Positions 1-7,438 of a stretch of DNA of 64,000 bases are shown here, one piece after another (the first letter of the stretch is position 1; each line of letters begins with the position of its first letter). Below the pieces are notes generated by a model, which did no database searches, was not told the DNA's origin, and saw only the letters and a list, made by a program, of their open reading frames with translations. The DNA lies in contig QHTZ01000074.1 in assembly GCA_003221005.1 (NCBI GenBank), forward strand, positions 1-64,000, given 5' to 3'. The position numbers were made by a program, and so were the translations under genes. The stretch is from Gemmatimonadota bacterium (lineage in GTDB: Bacteria > Gemmatimonadota > Gemmatimonadetes > Gemmatimonadales > GWC2-71-9).

Positions 1-11
1 GCCGCACCGGC

Positions 12-887
12 GTGAGCCACGTTCTCGCCCTGGGACTCGTGGCGCTCGACTGCGTGGTCCGCGCCTGGCGGATCCAGCTCGCGGTGTGGGCAGCGGGCGG
101 GCGATTGGGTTTCCAGGACGCTGTGCGTCTCAACCTATATGGAGAAGCCGCCTCGACGCTCACGCCAAACCGCCTCGGCGGGGAGCCGGCTCGATTCCTC
201 GGGCTCAACGAGGCGCGCGTCCGACCGGTCACGAGTCTCGTGGCCATCGGCGTCGAGGTGGCCGCGGAATGGCCCGTGTTCATGTTGCTGGGTGGTGCGT
301 TGATCGCGTACTACGTGCCCGACTGGCAGACTGAGGCGCGGCACTGGCTGCGGCGCCACCGCGCCGGTGAGCTCGTAGCCGTTGAGCTCATCGCGCTGCT
401 CGTGCTCGGCGTCATCTATTTGCTGCAGCGCATGGTACGCTCCGGGATGATCCGCCACCGGGTGCGACGCCAGTGGCGCGTCGCCTGGGCGCACGTGCGC
501 CGCGCCCCCTGGTGGCTGCTCGGCGCCGGTGCCGTGCTCACCGTGGTCAGCATCGCCGCGCGCGCCCTTATCCTGCCGGCGCTCGTGTGGGGCGAGCCGC
601 ACCCGCCCTTCGGCCAGATGTTCTTCGGGGCGCTCACCCTGATTCACGCGCCGTTGTTCCTGCCGCTGCCGTCCGGGGGCGGCGGAGTCGAGGTGGCGTT
701 CCTGTCGGGGTTTGCCGGGGATTTCGGCGCGCGCCAGGTCACGCTGCTGTTGCTGTGGCGGTTCTACACGGCCGTGCTGCTCACTATTCTGGGCGGCTAC
801 GCGCTGGTCCGCGGCGTTGGCTACCGGGCGGCGACGGAGCTCTTGAAGATCGGATGGTTCCGCGGACACAAGGAGAAGCGGGAATGA
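12..887 (+). CDS. Lysylphosphatidylglycerol synthase TM / flippase-like (UPF0104) membrane protein; may be 5'-truncated
   Basis: Multi-TM protein with TPxxxGGEP, PxPSGGGGVE and LLWRFYT motifs typical of the family. Confidence 0.75.
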   Translation: MSHVLALGLVALDCVVRAWRIQLAVWAAGGRLGFQDAVRLNLYGEAASTLTPNRLGGEPARFLGLNEARVRPVTSLVAIGVEVAAEWPVFMLLGGALIAYYVPDWQTEARHWLRRHRAGELVAVELIALLVLGVIYLLQRMVRSGMIRHRVRRQWRVAWAHVRRAPWWLLGAGAVLTVVSIAARALILPALVWGEPHPPFGQMFFGALTLIHAPLFLPLPSGGGGVEVAFLSGFAGDFGARQVTLLLLWRFYTAVLLTILGGYALVRGVGYRAATELLKIGWFRGHKEKRE

Positions 888-1426
888 CGGGACCGAGGCT
901 GCCGCCGCTCACGCCGGAGGAGGCTGCTCCCGAGGTGCGGCCCATTTTCGACACGTATCTGAGGGAGCGCGGCAACATCCCCAACATGTTCCGCACCGTC
1001 GCGGTGCGCCCCAAGCACCTCCAGACGATGATCGCGCACTTCCGGACGGTCATGAACGAAGGAACGGTGCCGCCCCTGTTGAAGGAGCTCCTGTGGGTGC
1101 GGATCTCCCACCTGAACGGCTGCCGCTACTGACTCAACTCACACACCGTCTTGGCAAGACGGCACGGAGCGAGCGAAGCGCTGCTGGACGCGTTGCAGGA
1201 CCGCGGCGCGCCGACGGCGCGCGCTGCGCTCGAGCCCGGGTGGCGCGCGGCGCTCGACTACGCGGACGTCGTGCACCGCACGGGGCACGACGTATCCGAC
1301 GAGCTGTACCGCCAGGTGGCGGGTGCCTGGGATCAGGGGCAGATCGTTGAGATCACGCTGGTGATCGGAATGGCGGAGTACTTCAACCGGTTCAACAACG
1401 CGCTGCGGGTCGAACCGACGAAGTGA
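884..1426 (+). CDS. Carboxymuconolactone decarboxylase/AhpD-like protein, probable selenoprotein (UGA 1130-1132 read as Sec83)
   Basis: ATG 884 overlaps the upstream stop (ATGA) and follows AGGAG. ORF-track pieces 473..1132 and 1151..1426 share a frame; readthrough gives LNGCRY-U-LNSH, matching the CMD CxxC...H motif; C-terminus QIVEITLVIGMAEYFNRFN is CMD-like. Confidence 0.8.
1146..1162 (+). promoter_or_regulatory. Putative bacterial SECIS stem-loop
   Basis: Perfect stem CCGTCTT/AAGACGG with GGC loop; first loop G (1153) is 21 nt after the UGA. Confidence 0.65.
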
Positions 1427-1440
1427 GCGGACCGCGAGAG

Positions 1441-1773
1441 CTAGGCCTTGGGCGCCGGTGTGATCGCCACGAGCAGCACCGTGCGCTCGAGTGCCTGCTC
1501 CACACCGTGGGGGACGCCCTCGGGTGCCAGGATGAGATCACCGGACTGTGCTTCAATCGTCTCGTTTCCCAGCACGAACCTCGCCTTTCCGCTCACGACG
1601 AAATAGAATTTGTCGGCTCCCGCGTGCGCGTGGACCTTCTGCGTCTGCCCGGGCTCGAAGCAATTGAGCCCGACGAGCAGGCGCCCGGAGCGGAAGCAGT
1701 CGAGCTTGACTGGCGTGTCGCCCGCGAACCGGGCGCGGGTCGGCAGCCGCTGCAGCAGATCCTGAGCATTCAT
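1441..1773 (-). CDS. Cupin domain protein
   Basis: HAHxxxDKFYFVVSG and GDLILAPEGVPHG cupin motifs; ATG 1773 preceded by AGGA. Confidence 0.8.
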   Translation of the reverse strand: MNAQDLLQRLPTRARFAGDTPVKLDCFRSGRLLVGLNCFEPGQTQKVHAHAGADKFYFVVSGKARFVLGNETIEAQSGDLILAPEGVPHGVEQALERTVLLVAITPAPKA

Positions 1774-1825
1774 GGTTGATTCCTGGCTTGAGACCGACGG
1801 CACTCGCACCGAACTGGCGGGAGCG

Positions 1826-3235
1826 ATGAGCGCGACGCGCATCGAGCGTGATCCCCTGGGCGAGCTGCCGGTCCCGGCGGACGCCCTCTACGGGATCCAG
1901 ACGGAGCGCGCGCGCCACAACTTCCCGATCTCGCAGCTCCTGCCGCTCGCCCCGTTTGTGGACGCCGTCGTCTGGATCAAGAAGGCGGCGGCGCTGACCC
2001 ACAAGCGGACCAAGCGTCTCGACGCGAAGCTCGCCGACGCCATCGTGCAGGCCGCGGACGAGGTGCTCGGGGGCGCGCACCGCGAGCACTTCGTAGTGGA
2101 TCCCTACCAGGCGGGCGCGGGCACCTCGCACAACATGAACGTTAACGAGGTCATCGCCAACCGGGCGAACGAGTTGCTCGGGGGCCGGCGCGGGGAATAC
2201 CGGCCCGTCCATCCCAACGATCACGTCAACATGGCGCAATCGACGAACGACGTGATCCCGACCGCGATCCGTCTCGCCGCCCTCGCCCAGCTCCCCGCGC
2301 TGCGCGACGCCGTGGAGCGCCTCGCCCGGGCCTTTCTCGGGCAGGGTCGGGCATTCGACGCGATCGTCAAGTCGGGCCGCACGCACCTCCAGGATGCCAC
2401 GCCGATCCGCCTGGGCCAGGAGTTCACCGCATACGGCCACGCCATCGAGCGGGGCGGCGACCGGATCGTGCACGCCGCTGACGCGCTGCGGGAGCTGGGG
2501 ATCGGCGGCAGCTCGGTCGGGACCGGGCTCAACGTGGAGCCGCAGTACCCGGATCTGATGGTGAAACACCTGCACGAGATCACCGGGCTCGAGCTCAGGG
2601 AGGGGAAGGATCTCGTCGAGCTGATGCAGTCGCTGGGAGACATCGCGGCGCTCTCCGGGGCGCTGCGCACCTACGCGGTGGACCTGGGGAGGATCGCGAG
2701 CGATATCCGCCTGCTCGCATCGGGTCCTCGCACAGGCCTCGCCGAGATCACCCTGCCCGCCGTGCAGCCCGGATCGAGCATCATGCCGGGCAAGGTGAAC
2801 CCGTCGATCGCCGAGATGGTGAACATGGTGTGCTACCAGGCGATCGGGAACGACGTGACGATCGCCACGGCAGCCGAGGCGGGACAGCTCGAGCGCAACG
2901 TGATGATGCCCGTGATCGCGCACAACCTCCTGTTCACGATCCAGATCCTCGCCAACGCGAGCCGTGTGTTCGCGGAACGCTGCGTCGAGGGCATCGAGGC
3001 CGACGGGGCGCAGTGCGCATACTGGCTCGAGCGGAGCCCGGCGATCGTCACCGCGCTGGCACCGCGCATCGGCTACGCGCGCGCGGCCGAGCTCGCCAAG
3101 GAGGCGGTGGCGAAGAACGTGAGCGTACGCCAGCTGGTGCGCGAGAAGGGCCTGCTCACGGACAAAGAGATGGACGCGGTGCTGGACCTGCGGGCGATGA
3201 CGGAGCTCGGGGTTCCGGGCGAGCGGCGGCGGTAG
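1826..3235 (+). CDS. aspA: Aspartate ammonia-lyase / class II fumarase
   Basis: GSSIMPGKVNP signature, HPNDHVNMAQSTND, KSGRTHLQDATP; aspA versus fumC not firmly resolved. Confidence 0.8.
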   Translation: MSATRIERDPLGELPVPADALYGIQTERARHNFPISQLLPLAPFVDAVVWIKKAAALTHKRTKRLDAKLADAIVQAADEVLGGAHREHFVVDPYQAGAGTSHNMNVNEVIANRANELLGGRRGEYRPVHPNDHVNMAQSTNDVIPTAIRLAALAQLPALRDAVERLARAFLGQGRAFDAIVKSGRTHLQDATPIRLGQEFTAYGHAIERGGDRIVHAADALRELGIGGSSVGTGLNVEPQYPDLMVKHLHEITGLELREGKDLVELMQSLGDIAALSGALRTYAVDLGRIASDIRLLASGPRTGLAEITLPAVQPGSSIMPGKVNPSIAEMVNMVCYQAIGNDVTIATAAEAGQLERNVMMPVIAHNLLFTIQILANASRVFAERCVEGIEADGAQCAYWLERSPAIVTALAPRIGYARAAELAKEAVAKNVSVRQLVREKGLLTDKEMDAVLDLRAMTELGVPGERRR

Positions 3236-3274
3236 GGTGTCGTCGGAGGACACACTCTCTTCGGGGGAACACTC

Positions 3275-3691
3275 ATGAACTGGATCGTGGCGGGGCTCAT
3301 CGCGGGCGTCGGCGCGTTTCTCGCCGACTGGGTCATGTGGGGCAAGGTGTTCACGAAGGGGATGGAGGCATACGGCACCATGCCCACCTCGCCCGAGGAA
3401 GTGAAGAAGATGATGGGACCGAACCTTCTCAAGTCCGGGGTGCTCGCACTGCTCTTCGGCGTGTTGCTGGCGTGGTTCTACGGACGGCTGAAGGGCGGGC
3501 TGTGGGTGCAAGGCGGCCCGCTCGCCGGTATGGAGTTCGCCACGATCCTGTGGCTGCCCACCATCGCCGTTCAGACCATCGGCAACGGTATCTGGTACGA
3601 CAAGGTCCGGCGTTTGAACAATGCGACCTTCTGGTCGTGGCTCGTCCGGATGAACGTGGCAGGGCTCCTCGTGGGGGCGTTCGTCAGATAA
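3275..3691 (+). CDS. Hypothetical membrane protein (about 4 TM, possibly DUF1761-like)
   Basis: Hydrophobic segments, GGGGGA RBS-like site, typical codon usage. Confidence 0.6.
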   Translation: MNWIVAGLIAGVGAFLADWVMWGKVFTKGMEAYGTMPTSPEEVKKMMGPNLLKSGVLALLFGVLLAWFYGRLKGGLWVQGGPLAGMEFATILWLPTIAVQTIGNGIWYDKVRRLNNATFWSWLVRMNVAGLLVGAFVR

Positions 3692-3706
3692 CCGACGCGC
3701 CGTGTG

Positions 3707-3740
3707 GGGGCCCCGTGACGGACGTCACGGGGCCCCATTT
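3707..3740 (+). terminator. Strong GC hairpin, probable terminator
   Basis: GGGGCCCCGTGAC-GGAC-GTCACGGGGCCCC followed by ATTT. Confidence 0.6.
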
Positions 3741-3785
3741 CAGCCGGTCACTGAAATCCGACGCGGTTCGTCGTATCAGTTGGTC

Positions 3786-4586
3786 ATGCGCAAGGCATCG
3801 CTGGTCCTGGCCGCGCTACTGCTCGGCCTCACACGCTCCCTTCCATCGCAGCGCCGCATGCGACTCGGGCCGACGGGATCATCCATCGCCATTGAGAACG
3901 CGTCCGGGGTGTCACACGGCTTCATGTCCCACGGCGCATCCGTCGCCTTGATCACCGGCGACGACAATGAGACTGGTCTCACCATCGCCCGCTATCCGGA
4001 CCTGAGCGACAGCTCGTGCACCCGAACGCTCATGTCGTACAGCCTCGACTCCTACTACTATCCGGTGGGAGCCCGCGGCGTGGCGCCGTTCGCCTCGACC
4101 GCACTGGGACTCGCGCGCGTGGCGGAATCCACCTTGCAGACGCCCATCCTTGGCTCCTGCGGCACCGTCTCCACGACGAGTCAGATCAGCCTCGGCTTTG
4201 GGCTCGGGGTGTGGCTAGGCGCCGGTCCCGACGTCGTGGCGCTCATCGAGGGCCGGTTCTTCGAGGTCCCGAACAGCGGCGTCCAGTCGCTCGAGGCACG
4301 GGCCAATCTTTCGCTCGCGCTCGGCAGCCCGCGCACCGGGGAGTTCCAAGCCGGCACCGTCGGGCCCGCAGTTGCGGCGCTCGTGCCGGTCTCCGGGCCG
4401 CTGCGGGCGCGCGGGCCGCTCGTCGGCGTGCGGTTCCGCCGCGGGCTCGGGGCCGACGTCGCGAGCAGCCACCTCCTATGGAACGTCAACTGCCGCGTGC
4501 TCTGGCTCACACGGAACGACGGGGCCAACGTGTTCGGCGTGCAGGCAGGGGTAGCCTTGAGCCCTGCGCTGAGGCGCGCCCATTGA
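3786..4586 (+). CDS. Hypothetical exported protein, outer-membrane beta-barrel-like
   Basis: Signal peptide MRKASLVLAALLLG; amphipathic strands such as APFASTALGL and ISLGFGLGVW. Confidence 0.5.
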   Translation: MRKASLVLAALLLGLTRSLPSQRRMRLGPTGSSIAIENASGVSHGFMSHGASVALITGDDNETGLTIARYPDLSDSSCTRTLMSYSLDSYYYPVGARGVAPFASTALGLARVAESTLQTPILGSCGTVSTTSQISLGFGLGVWLGAGPDVVALIEGRFFEVPNSGVQSLEARANLSLALGSPRTGEFQAGTVGPAVAALVPVSGPLRARGPLVGVRFRRGLGADVASSHLLWNVNCRVLWLTRNDGANVFGVQAGVALSPALRRAH

Positions 4587-4611
4587 ATCCCGATACGATG
4601 CATCGCATATT
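4583..4611 (+). promoter_or_regulatory. Sigma70-like promoter for a leaderless Rrf2 gene
   Basis: TTGAAT-17-CATATT ending 6 nt before ATG 4618; palindrome CGATGCATCG (4596-4605) in the spacer. Confidence 0.45.
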
Positions 4612-4617
4612 GATTGC

Positions 4618-5070
4618 ATGCGCATCACGACGTGGGGCGAGTACGGGCTGATCGTCTCGCTGGGCTTGGCGCGGCGCGCGGGGGAAGGCCCCGTGGCGGC
4701 GCGCGAGCTCGCCGAGCACGAAAAGCTTCCGCACGACTACGTCGAGCAGATCCTCCTCCGCCTGCGGCGTGCAGGGCTGGTGGAGTCGGTGCGCGGCGCG
4801 AAGGGTGGTTACTACCTCGCGCGCGCGCCGCACGCCATCACCGTGAAGGACGTGATGGCCGCCTCCGAGCACGTCACCTTCGAAGTCAACTGCGACCTCC
4901 ACCCCGTCGACGCGCAGCGATGTAGCCCGGACGCGTCGTGCAGCATCCGGCCGGTGTGGCGGATGCTCGAGCAGCGCATCAATGAGCTGCTCTCGAGCAT
5001 CTCGCTCGCGGACCTCCAGCATGACGAGCCGGTGGTCTACCAGATCGCCGGGGCTACAGCCGGGAACTAG
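4618..5070 (+). CDS. Rrf2-family transcriptional regulator (IscR/CymR-like, three Cys)
   Basis: YVEQILLRLRRAGLVESVRGAKGGYYLA wHTH; C-x9-C-x5-C cluster. Confidence 0.92.
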   Translation: MRITTWGEYGLIVSLGLARRAGEGPVAARELAEHEKLPHDYVEQILLRLRRAGLVESVRGAKGGYYLARAPHAITVKDVMAASEHVTFEVNCDLHPVDAQRCSPDASCSIRPVWRMLEQRINELLSSISLADLQHDEPVVYQIAGATAGN

Positions 5071-5142
5071 GCCCGCCGCACCGTCGTTGCTGTAACCTCG
5101 AACCCGACCGCTCCGTCGGGTCTAGCTCGCTTGGAGGTTGAT

Positions 5143-5994
5143 GTGGATTACGCGCATCCGGAAGTGCTCGTCTCAACCGAGTGGGTGGCCGGGCATCTCA
5201 GTGACCCGGGCATCCGCCTGATCGAGGTCGACGTGGATACGACGGCATACGACTCGGGTCACATTGCGGGCGCCGTTGGTTGGAACTGGCAGTCTCAGCT
5301 GAATGACCGCGTGCGCCGCGACATTCCCGACGCCAAGGCGTTCGCCCAGCTGATGGGCGAAGCCGGTGTGACGCCGAAGACCATCGTGGTGCTGTATGGC
5401 GACAACAACAACTGGTTTGCCGCGTTCGCCTTCTGGCTGCTGCAACTGTACGGGCACAAGAATGCCACGTTGATGAACGGCGGGCGCGCGAAGTGGAGCG
5501 CGGAGAGCCGACCCCTCGTGACCGCCCGGCCGGTCGTCCACGCGACGAAGTATCCCGTGCCGAAGCGGCCGAACCTCGCACTCCGCGCCCGGCGTGCCGA
5601 GGTGGAACGCGCGCTGCGCGGAAAGGGCGTCGCCCTGGTAGACGTGCGCTCGCCCGCGGAGTACGTGGGCGACATCATCGCGCCGCCCGGAATGACCGAG
5701 ACGGCGCAGCGGCCCGGGCACATTCCCGGCGCGCGCAACGTCCCCTGGGCGCAGGCCGTCGGCGGGGACGGCACGTTCAAGCCGCGCGACCAGCTCGAGC
5801 AGCTCTACAAGCAGACCGGGGTGCTCAACAGCGGGGAGATCATCGCCTACTGCCGCATCGGCGAGCGGTCGAGTCACACGTGGTTCGCGCTCAAGTACCT
5901 GCTCGGCCACAAGAAGGTGCGCAACTACGACGGCTCGTGGACGGAGTGGGGGAACCTGGTGGGCGCACCGATCGCCAAGGGGGCGCAGCCGTGA
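5143..5994 (+). CDS. Tandem-domain thiosulfate sulfurtransferase (rhodanese; CysA/SseA/TtuD-like)
   Basis: GHIAGA, active-site YCRIGERS, NYDGSWTEW; GTG start after GGAGG. Confidence 0.92.
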   Translation: MDYAHPEVLVSTEWVAGHLSDPGIRLIEVDVDTTAYDSGHIAGAVGWNWQSQLNDRVRRDIPDAKAFAQLMGEAGVTPKTIVVLYGDNNNWFAAFAFWLLQLYGHKNATLMNGGRAKWSAESRPLVTARPVVHATKYPVPKRPNLALRARRAEVERALRGKGVALVDVRSPAEYVGDIIAPPGMTETAQRPGHIPGARNVPWAQAVGGDGTFKPRDQLEQLYKQTGVLNSGEIIAYCRIGERSSHTWFALKYLLGHKKVRNYDGSWTEWGNLVGAPIAKGAQP

Positions 5995-6989
5995 GCACCG
6001 CGGCGGTAAGGGGCGGTATGGGGCGGCATGAGGCGGTCAGGGGTGCGAAGCCCGAGCCCGCATTGTGGGGGCTGGTCGGTAACACACCATTGATCCCGCT
6101 ACCGCCCCTTACCGCCTCTGAGCGCCGCTTACCACCGCTCTATCTCAAGGCCGAGTGGTTCAACCCCGGCGGCAGCGTGAAGGACCGGGCGGCGCTGTTC
6201 ATTCTGCGGGACGGCGTCGCCTCGGGCGAACTGCCCGGGAAGCGATTGCTCGACGCGACCAGCGGCAACACCGGCGTGGCCTACGCGATGCTCGGCGCCG
6301 CGGCGGGGATCGGGATCACCGTGTGCGTTCCGGCGAACGCCAGCCCTGAGCGCAAAGCCCTGCTCGAGGCGTACGGCGCCGAAGTCGTTTTCACAGATCC
6401 GCTCGAGGGCTCGGACGGCGCGATCGTGCGCGCGCGCGAGCTCGCGGCGGCGCAGCCTGACCGATACTGGTACGCGGACCAATACAACAACCCCGCGAAT
6501 CCGCGCGCGCACGCCGTCACGACCGCCGAAGAGATCTGGCGGCAGACCGGAGGTCGGATCACTCATCTCGTTGCGGGTCTGGGAACGACCGGCACGTTGA
6601 TCGGGACCGGCAAGCGGCTCCGGGAGCTGAATTCGCACATCGAGTTCGTCGCCGTGCAGCCCGACGGGCCGTTCCATGGCCTCGAAGGGCTGAAGCACCT
6701 CGCCACGGCGATCGTCCCCGGGATCTACGATCAGGCGGTCCCGAGCCGCACCGAGTTCGTGGCGACGGAGGATGCGGACGCCGCCGTGCGTCGGCTGGCG
6801 CGAGATGCGGGGCTGTTTGTCGGCTGGTCCACCGGTGCCGCGCTCGTGGCGGCAGGGCGGTTACTGTCCGACCGTACGACGGTCCGACCGTCCGACGCCG
6901 TAGTGGTCGTCATCGCCCCCGACTCCGGGACGCGATACCTCAGTGAGTACCACCGGCTCGCCGGGCGGGATGTGGGGGGAGCGGCATGA
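5991..6989 (+). CDS. cysM: PLP-dependent cysteine synthase (CysM-like)
   Basis: VGNTPL, NPGGSVKDR (PLP Lys), ATSGNTG, GLGTTGT; GTG overlaps the upstream stop. Confidence 0.85.
   Translation: MSTAAVRGGMGRHEAVRGAKPEPALWGLVGNTPLIPLPPLTASERRLPPLYLKAEWFNPGGSVKDRAALFILRDGVASGELPGKRLLDATSGNTGVAYAMLGAAAGIGITVCVPANASPERKALLEAYGAEVVFTDPLEGSDGAIVRARELAAAQPDRYWYADQYNNPANPRAHAVTTAEEIWRQTGGRITHLVAGLGTTGTLIGTGKRLRELNSHIEFVAVQPDGPFHGLEGLKHLATAIVPGIYDQAVPSRTEFVATEDADAAVRRLARDAGLFVGWSTGAALVAAGRLLSDRTTVRPSDAVVVVIAPDSGTRYLSEYHRLAGRDVGGAA
6001..6140. repeat. Inverted pair of 10-nt tandem arrays inside the cysM 5' end
   Basis: Four xGGCGGxxxG units (6001-6040) and four AxCxCCxCTx units (6101-6140); AAGGGGCGGT (6008-6017) is the reverse complement of ACCGCCCCTT (6101-6110). 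Confidence 0.7.
6864..6895. repeat. Four degenerate 8-nt repeats (CCGTCCGA) inside cysM
   Basis: CTGTCCGA CCGTACGA CGGTCCGA CCGTCCGA, encoding LSDRTTVRPSD. Confidence 0.6.
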
Positions 6990-7438
6990 CGCTGGTGCTC
7001 GGGCCCGCGCAGCTCGCGGCCATCCGGCAGCACGGCGAGGCCGACTACCCGCACGAGGCGTGCGGGCTGCTCGGCGGGATGCTCGACGACGATCGCGGCG
7101 TCGTCGTGCAGCTCGTGCCGCTCGCGAACCAGCGGACCGACGCGGCACGCAATCGCTATCTGATCGACCCCGAGGCGTTCCGGCGCGCGCAGGCGCGGCT
7201 CGACCGCGACGAGCTCGAGGTGTTGGGCGTGTACCACTCACACCCCGATCACCCGCCCGAGCCGTCGGCGTTCGACCGCGAGCACGCTTGGCCGCGGCTC
7301 AGCTACGTCATCGTCGGGGTCGCGCGCGGGCGGGCCGGCGAGGTAAAAAGCTGGCGTCTGTCGGACGATCGCGCCGGGTTCGCTCAGGAACCCATTATCT
7401 TGGAGGAACGGAAGGTCGCATGGCAGTCACCGTCTTGA
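6986..7438 (+). CDS. JAB/MPN+ (Mec+-like) metalloprotease
   Basis: YPHEACGLL and HSHPDHPPEPSAFD JAMM motif. Confidence 0.92.
   Translation: MTLVLGPAQLAAIRQHGEADYPHEACGLLGGMLDDDRGVVVQLVPLANQRTDAARNRYLIDPEAFRRAQARLDRDELEVLGVYHSHPDHPPEPSAFDREHAWPRLSYVIVGVARGRAGEVKSWRLSDDRAGFAQEPIILEERKVAWQSPS

Noticed and set aside
1130-1132. TGA as a nonsense mutation making a CMD pseudogene, or two separate small genes
   Set aside because: It falls on the catalytic Cys position and is followed by a SECIS-like hairpin, so Sec is the better explanation, though not proven
1553-3511. Long minus-strand ORFs (this one, 19956..22163, 38580..41021, 44757..47141, 52946..55474, 59936..61705 and others)
   Set aside because: Antisense shadows of well-supported + strand genes in high-GC DNA; no recognisable motifs
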